This document shows, one piece after another, positions 58,772-64,000 of a stretch of 64,000 nucleotides of DNA. The first letter of the stretch is position 1; each line of letters begins with the position of its first letter. The DNA lies in contig OY970067.1 in assembly GCA_963705305.1 (NCBI GenBank), positions 1,792,001-1,856,000 on the forward strand, given 5' to 3'. The notes below the pieces were generated by a model. That model worked only from the letters and a program-made list of their open reading frames with translations. It did not search any database and was not told the DNA's origin. This stretch comes from an uncultured Methylomirabilota bacterium (lineage in GTDB: Bacteria; Methylomirabilota; Methylomirabilia; Methylomirabilales; 2-02-FULL-66-22). Position numbers and translations under genes: made by a program.

Positions 58772-60076
58772 TTAAGTTTCAAGATTAACACCCTTGGTCT
58801 CCGGTGTCCGGAGAATCGCGATGATCGCCATTACCGCGTAGACCATCACCAGAAGCCCGATATAGATATAGGCCTCGCGGACGCCGTAGGCGCGCAGGAG
58901 CAACCCGGCAACAATCGGGATCAGTCCCCCGCCGTACACCTGCGAGATTTGATAAGCCAGGCTCGCGCCTGAGGCGCGATAGCGCGTCGGGAAATTCTCC
59001 GTATAAAAGGTCGGAATCGCGCCGTAGCCAAAGCCGAACACGAAGCCGAAGCCGATGATCTCCGCAACCATGGCGAGGATGAAACTGCCGGTATTGACGA
59101 GAGAGAAATACGGAATCGCGAAGACCAGGAATACGACGGCGGCGATCAACAGGATCGTCCGGCGATTGATGAGATCCGCGAGCAGCGAGCCGATGATCAT
59201 GAACACCAACATGAAAGCTGCGGCGATCAGTCCGATCTTCTCGGGCGCGTCGCCGGTGAAGCCGACCGCCTTCATGTAACTGGTGCCGAACACGAAGTAG
59301 AGGAAGAAGCAGCCACCGAACATTGCATTCACCAGGGAGGTGCGCAGAATGGTCAGCGGCATCTCGCGCCATACCTGCCGCGCTGGGTGTTCGAGAATCG
59401 CGTTCTGTGCCTTGTGCTGATCGAACACAAAGCTGTCCATGGTGCGCGTGCGGATGACAATGCCGACGATCGCCACCAAGAAGCCGGCGTAGAAGAAGAT
59501 GCGCCAGCCCCAGGCAATAAAGTTCTGCGGCGTCATCAGCGACTTGACGAAGATCACCGAGCCGAAGCCGAGCAGCAGCCCGATCGGGATTGCGAAACCG
59601 ACCCAAGCACCCCAGAAAGCGCGGTGCTTTGAACGCGCTGCCTGTTCGACCACCCAGGTTGACGCGGTGCCAAACTCGGCGCCGAAACTGATACCCTGCA
59701 TCAACCGAAAGAGGATCAGCAGCGCCGCCGCGCTGGCGCCGATGCTCTCATAGGTCGGCGTAAGTCCGATCAGCAGCGTACTGACGCCCATCAGCACCAG
59801 CGCATAGACCATCGCGTCCCTGCGCCCTCGCCGGTCGGCGAGATGGCCAAAGATATAAGCGCCAACCGGGCGAATGATGATGCCAAGACCATAGACGCCT
59901 ATCGCCGCTGCGAGCGCCGCAAGAGCCGGCAGCTTGAAGAAGATGCCGCCCCAGACGGTCGCCGCAATCACACCGGTGACCAGATAATCGTATTGTTCGA
60001 TCACCGAGCCGATAATGCTCGCCAGTGCGATTTTATATATCTGTTTACTGGTCGGAGTTGCGACTGCCTCGTTCAT
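58772..60076 (-). CDS. MFS transporter, metabolite:H+ symporter family
   Basis: IEQYDY, RPVGAYIFGHLADRRGRR, RLMQGISFGAE, PETKG. Confidence 0.92.
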   Translation of the reverse strand: MNEAVATPTSKQIYKIALASIIGSVIEQYDYLVTGVIAATVWGGIFFKLPALAALAAAIGVYGLGIIIRPVGAYIFGHLADRRGRRDAMVYALVLMGVSTLLIGLTPTYESIGASAAALLILFRLMQGISFGAEFGTASTWVVEQAARSKHRAFWGAWVGFAIPIGLLLGFGSVIFVKSLMTPQNFIAWGWRIFFYAGFLVAIVGIVIRTRTMDSFVFDQHKAQNAILEHPARQVWREMPLTILRTSLVNAMFGGCFFLYFVFGTSYMKAVGFTGDAPEKIGLIAAAFMLVFMIIGSLLADLINRRTILLIAAVVFLVFAIPYFSLVNTGSFILAMVAEIIGFGFVFGFGYGAIPTFYTENFPTRYRASGASLAYQISQVYGGGLIPIVAGLLLRAYGVREAYIYIGLLVMVYAVMAIIAILRTPETKGVNLET

Positions 60077-60539
60077 TTTCTTTCCTCCGTTTCAAACCTT
60101 TTCACGAAATTGTGATGGGAAAGATCGTAGGAGAATCCGTCCCACCACCGACCATCCCCGCACGGCCTGTGCGTGCGGCGCAGCGCGGGGGCCTTAACCG
60201 GATAGGAAGTTGGAAACCGACCTCGGCGGGACGCCGGGCCGGACGAGGCGGAGCGGCCACGGGGCGGCCGAACCGAGGGGAGAACCCGCGAAGACCTCAA
60301 TACGGCAGGGACGGTACCACCGGCGGGCTGGGGGTGTCAAGGAGGGAAATCACGGGGAACAGGAATACGTTCGGTAGCACGCGGCGCGCCTGTCCCTCCT
60401 GAAAACCCCATCCTGCCGGACCTCACGCCGCTCGCCGTTCATAATGGCGATCTAAGCCGCCGGAACCTCGTGTTTCTAAAGGCGTATGATGCCTGCGATG
60501 TCAAGTGTACAAAAGCCTTCGGGTCCCCCTTATATTCTC

Positions 60540-60740
60540 TTCGAGGGAAATGAGAGTACGTCGAGTATTCTGGCTCCCCCGACGAGACAGGATCCGGAGT
60601 TCGCTGGTTGAGGACCGGAGTCCCCCCATCCCGGGCGAGGATCATCCCCAGACCGTCCCCTCCAGCGACTATACGGCGTCAGGTTCAATGGGAAGTCGTC
60701 CCTCTCGAGGACCGATATAAGGCCAACCCGCCGTTCCGGA
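60540..60740 (+). ncRNA. IS110 bridge RNA (target-binding and donor-binding loops); ends approximate
   Basis: Guides GAGTCCCCC, TCCCCAG, ATGGGAAGTC and ATATAAG match the target and donor flanks; closing stems TCGCTGG/CCAGCGA and ACGGCG/CGCCGT. Confidence 0.85.
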
Positions 60741-60777
60741 CTCCGGGATCCGCTGACGGGAGAAGTGAGGACAGGCG

Positions 60778-61995
60778 ATGCGGTGCTACATCGGGGTGGA
60801 CTGGGCCGATACGGCGCATGCGATCAGGGTGGAGGACACACAGGGGGCCCGGGTGCTCGAGCGGGTCGTCCCTCACACGGCCGAGGGGCTCGCCGAGTGG
60901 GGGCGCTGGCTGGATGAGCGGCGGGCGAGCGGGGCGGAACTCTGGGCGGCCATCGAGCGGCCGGACGGGCGGGTGGTGGACTTCCCCCTGGATCACGGGG
61001 GGCGCGTGTTCCCGATCAACCCCAAGGCCCTGGACCGGGCGCGGGACCGCTACCGGATGAACGCCTCCAAGAGCGACCCCTTCGACGCCCACGTGCTGGC
61101 GGCCTTCCTCCGCACGGATCACCCTCATCTGCATGCCCTGCAGCCGAGCTCGGAGGCCGCCCAGGAGCTCAAGCTCCTCACACGGGACTCTGCGCGCCTC
61201 GTGCGCGACCAGACCCGCCTCGTGAATCAGCTCACGGCTACGCTGAAAGAGTACTACCCCCGGGCCCTGGAGGTCTGTGGCGACGTCCCCACCAAGCGGG
61301 CGGCGGCTTTCCTTCGCGCCTACCCGACCCCCGCGGCCTTGGCGGCGCTCGCCCGGGCCAAGTGGCTCCGATTCGCCACCCTGCATCGCTGGAACGCCGA
61401 GCCGGCGGCCGCCCTCTGGGAACTGTTCCGTCACCCGCAGCTGCCCGTGCCGGAGCACGTGGTGCGCGCCAAGCGCCGCCTCGTCCTCGTGCTGCTCCGG
61501 CCGCTCGAGACCGTCGTCCAGGCCGTGGACGACTCCCGCAAGGCGGTGATGGAGTTCTTCGCGCCGCTGCCGGCGGCGGCGTGGGCCACCACCCTGCCGG
61601 CCAGCCAGGGGACGCTGGTCCCCACGATCTGGGCCGAGCTCGGTGATGCGGCCAGCCGCTGGGTGTCCTGGCAGCACCTCCAGGGGCACAGCGGGGTGGT
61701 CCCGGTGACCCGATCCAGCGGCAAGTCCCACGCGGTCTGCTTTCGCTTCGCGTGCAACCTCCACCTCCGTCGGGCCCTCCAGCAATTCGCCTTCTGCTCG
61801 CTCAAGTCCAGCGAGTGGGCGCGGGCCTACTACGATCAGCAGCGGGCGCGCGGCCATCGGCACCAGGCCGCGCTCCGCGCCCTCGCAGCAAAGTGGGTGA
61901 AGATCCTCTTCGTGCTCTGGACCCGGCAGATCGCCTATGACGAGAACTACCATCTCGCCATGAGGACGCGCCAACAGTTGCGGCAGGCAGCATGA
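60778..61995 (+). CDS. IS110 DEDD recombinase
   Basis: IGVDW, AIE, KSDPFDA (DEDD) and RSSGKS Tnp-domain serine. Confidence 0.93.
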   Translation: MRCYIGVDWADTAHAIRVEDTQGARVLERVVPHTAEGLAEWGRWLDERRASGAELWAAIERPDGRVVDFPLDHGGRVFPINPKALDRARDRYRMNASKSDPFDAHVLAAFLRTDHPHLHALQPSSEAAQELKLLTRDSARLVRDQTRLVNQLTATLKEYYPRALEVCGDVPTKRAAAFLRAYPTPAALAALARAKWLRFATLHRWNAEPAAALWELFRHPQLPVPEHVVRAKRRLVLVLLRPLETVVQAVDDSRKAVMEFFAPLPAAAWATTLPASQGTLVPTIWAELGDAASRWVSWQHLQGHSGVVPVTRSSGKSHAVCFRFACNLHLRRALQQFAFCSLKSSEWARAYYDQQRARGHRHQAALRALAAKWVKILFVLWTRQIAYDENYHLAMRTRQQLRQAA

Positions 61996-62847
61996 GCATC
62001 TTTCTAAAGGCAATACTACTCCGTGCTCTTGACAAGGGGTCATAGGAAGTCTGGGGACACCATTTATATATACGTTCCACGCCGGGAAGTCCGCCCTCGA
62101 TACCGTAAGACATCCGTTCCGGAAAAGTACCCTACTCCTGAGCGATGGTGCCTCGCAGGTGCACGACGACCTCACCCTGATACGGGTAGCTGCGGGAGGA
62201 GAAGTCGTTTCGGGTGCAGCCCGCTGTGTACCCTGGCCGAGTACCTGTGGCTCCTGAAAATACGTAATCAGCTTCCCGGGTGCTCTTTCTCTCACTCTGG
62301 ACCCAGCGGCCTGCCGCGACGAATTCCGTGTGTGACCACAGGACCTGTTGCATGATGCCCATCGGGCCTGCCCGGCGCGCCGTTGCGGGTGGGATGGTCC
62401 GCGCGCGGAATGGTCTCCACCGCGACACCGGGCCGCGGCGGCACCCCGTGTCGGTAACGATGGAGTCGTCGAAAGGTCGGCGGACCAGCCTCCCCTTCGG
62501 GAAGCACACGGCCGGCTTTCCCATTTTCCTGGGAACCCCTTTCGGCGTGGTATGGGGCCCTGTCCCAGCCGCGCTTTTGGGGTAGCCCCTGCACTTGGAG
62601 CGGCCGGAGGAAAGAGACCGACGAGGAGGATATACACCTCCGACGCAGCAGGTTGAGCGCGGGGCGAGCCCAAAGCGGCAGGCACAAAAAAGCCTTCGGC
62701 TCGCGAGAGCCGGAGGTCTCGTCCTCGACAGCCGCCTCATCGCCGTGGTCAGCTGTATGGATGCCCATGCCGCACTCTGTGGCGGGAATCACGGTGAGGT
62801 TGGCGATGGGCCCGTCAATGGTCGTCTTGAGTCCGCGAGTCCCCGCG

Positions 62848-63024
62848 CTACGACGGCATGTGCAGGATGCGCACCGGCATCGCCCGCTCGGCGCAGTCGC
62901 AGTGCCCCACGCACACGATCTGCCCCACGTGGCAGGGGCACTCCACTTTCGGATCCGACGTCTTTCCACACGCGCAGTCCCGGTTCTTCACGGACGCCCG
63001 GTCGGACTTGTTTCCGTACTGCAT
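62848..63024 (-). CDS. Cys/His-rich microprotein (58 aa)
   Basis: GGAGGAG RBS; CAC, CPC and CDC motifs. Confidence 0.5.
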   Translation of the reverse strand: MQYGNKSDRASVKNRDCACGKTSDPKVECPCHVGQIVCVGHCDCAERAMPVRILHMPS

Positions 63025-63085
63025 CACTCCTCCTTGGCACGTGCTTCCAAGCTCGCTTCGGCCTTTCACTGCGGTCGGCAAATGG

Positions 63086-63102
63086 TTCAAGACCGGTGCC
63101 AG
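63086..63102 (-). promoter_or_regulatory. Putative sigma54 promoter
   Basis: CTGGCAC-N5-TTGA, about 60 nt upstream of the Cys-rich ORF. Confidence 0.4.
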
Positions 63103-63427
63103 GAGACGCGCAGAACGATTGCAGGTGGCCGAGACGAGGAAAGTCCAGTTAATGTGGCGGTTTGAGAGTCCGTGCTTCCCGACGTGTGTAGCCGCAATCC
63201 CCCACCAGGGCCATGGGCGTGAGATGCTTTGTCTCAGCGAAAGGCGCAGCATAGGTCGCTGCTGCCGGAGTATCGCTCCACTGCGCGCAAAAATTGCCGT
63301 CCGCAAAAATTCTCTTCGGCGTGCGCTCCGTTTTCGGGAAGCACATGTGTCTACACCCGCGAGCCGAATGCGTGATACCATGCCGCCATTGTATCGCAGC
63401 ACCTCACCCGTACAGGGAAGGACGGAG

Positions 63428-64000
63428 ATGACTCTCGACGAAGTGAAGCGTTCCGTCTATGCGGCCATTGACCAGCGTGCCGACGAGATCATTGCCATGG
63501 GCGAGCGGATCCGGCAGCATCCCGAGCTCGGCTTCAAGGAGGTCCAGACCGCGCGCCTGGTCGAGGAGACCTTCACAAACCTCGGCCTCCCACCGCGGAC
63601 CGGGCTCGCCATCACCGGGGTTCGGGCGGAGCTCCCCGGGGGAGCGGGGCCGGGGCCGAGCGTCGCCCTGCTCGGCGAGCTCGACGCCTTGGTCGTGGAC
63701 GGCCATCCCGACCGGGACCCGGCCACCGGGGCGGCGCACGCCTGCGGGCACAACGCCCAGATCGCCGCGCTCCTCGGGGCGGCCATGGGCCTCGTCGCCA
63801 GCGGCGCGGCGGCCCACCTGGCCGGGCGCGTCGTCCTCTTCGCCGTGCCGGCCGAGGAGTACGGCGACATCGCCTGGCGCCTCGCGGAACGCCAGGCGGG
63901 GCGCCTCGAGTTCCTCGGCGGCAAGCCCGAGCTCCTGCGCCTCGGCCAGTTCGACGATGTGGACCTGGCCGTGATGATCCACACGACCTCCCGCCCGGAA
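63428..64000 (+). CDS. M20 family amidohydrolase (partial, runs off the window)
   Basis: HPELGFKE, GELDAL, AHACGHNAQ, PAEE. Confidence 0.9.
   Translation, partial: MTLDEVKRSVYAAIDQRADEIIAMGERIRQHPELGFKEVQTARLVEETFTNLGLPPRTGLAITGVRAELPGGAGPGPSVALLGELDALVVDGHPDRDPATGAAHACGHNAQIAALLGAAMGLVASGAAAHLAGRVVLFAVPAEEYGDIAWRLAERQAGRLEFLGGKPELLRLGQFDDVDLAVMIHTTSRPE

Larger units (their letters stand above)
60529..62052 (+). mobile_element. IS110-family element (bridge-RNA type) inserted in a tRNA-like att site
   Basis: CT core at both ends (60529-60530, 62051-62052); removal restores TTCGGGTCCCC-CT-GGGGACACCA; split promoter TTGACA (62029) and TATATT (60531). Confidence 0.9.
50286..62075. mobile_element. 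Genomic island 2 (no integrase seen; decayed)
   Basis: Bounded by 25-bp direct repeat CTGGGGACACCATTTATATATACGT (30 bp once IS110 is removed); rich in transposase remnants. Confidence 0.75.

Noticed and set aside
60685..62685. 666-aa minus-strand ORF and similar long antisense ORFs (e.g. 8895-10739, 15604-17394, 48468-50147)
   Set aside because: Shadow frames of real high-GC genes with no recognisable motifs
62132..62740. Minus-strand ORFs right of the distal att, or a third island
   Set aside because: No motifs and no further tRNA-end repeat found before the amidohydrolase

Overview
High-GC bacterial chromosome segment, probably Gram-negative (OprB porin, Tat, lipoproteins). 1-28.5 kb is mostly core and metabolic genes: PaaI thioesterase, Zn-dehydrogenase, RraA, selenocysteine-containing SelD, TatC, UxaB, dCMP deaminase, Bfr, REC-PilZ, SDR, cyclase, Pyk, ASKHA/RACo and many microproteins, plus an intact IS1380. 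A tRNA-Glu at 28499-28576 is the integration site for two tandem islands marked by repeats of its 3' end. Island 1 (~28.6-50.3 kb) carries Zur/OprB/ZnuACB, a resolvase, five nuclease/HEPN-like candidate defence genes, a solo attC site, an IS3, MITEs, a MITE-broken helicase module and a large serine recombinase (LSR). The LSR reading frame crosses the att site, so excision would swap its C-terminus for a tail ending in an ssrA-like VALAA. Island 2 (~50.3-62.1 kb) carries a hybrid kinase, decayed transposases, TPR proteins and an MFS transporter. Its right att site is occupied by an IS110 whose bridge RNA guides can all be read from the sequence. They program it to a tRNA-3'-end sequence, at the same CT dinucleotide the LSR appears to use. 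The window ends in a partial M20 amidohydrolase. Product calls come from motif recognition by eye; no database searches were run.
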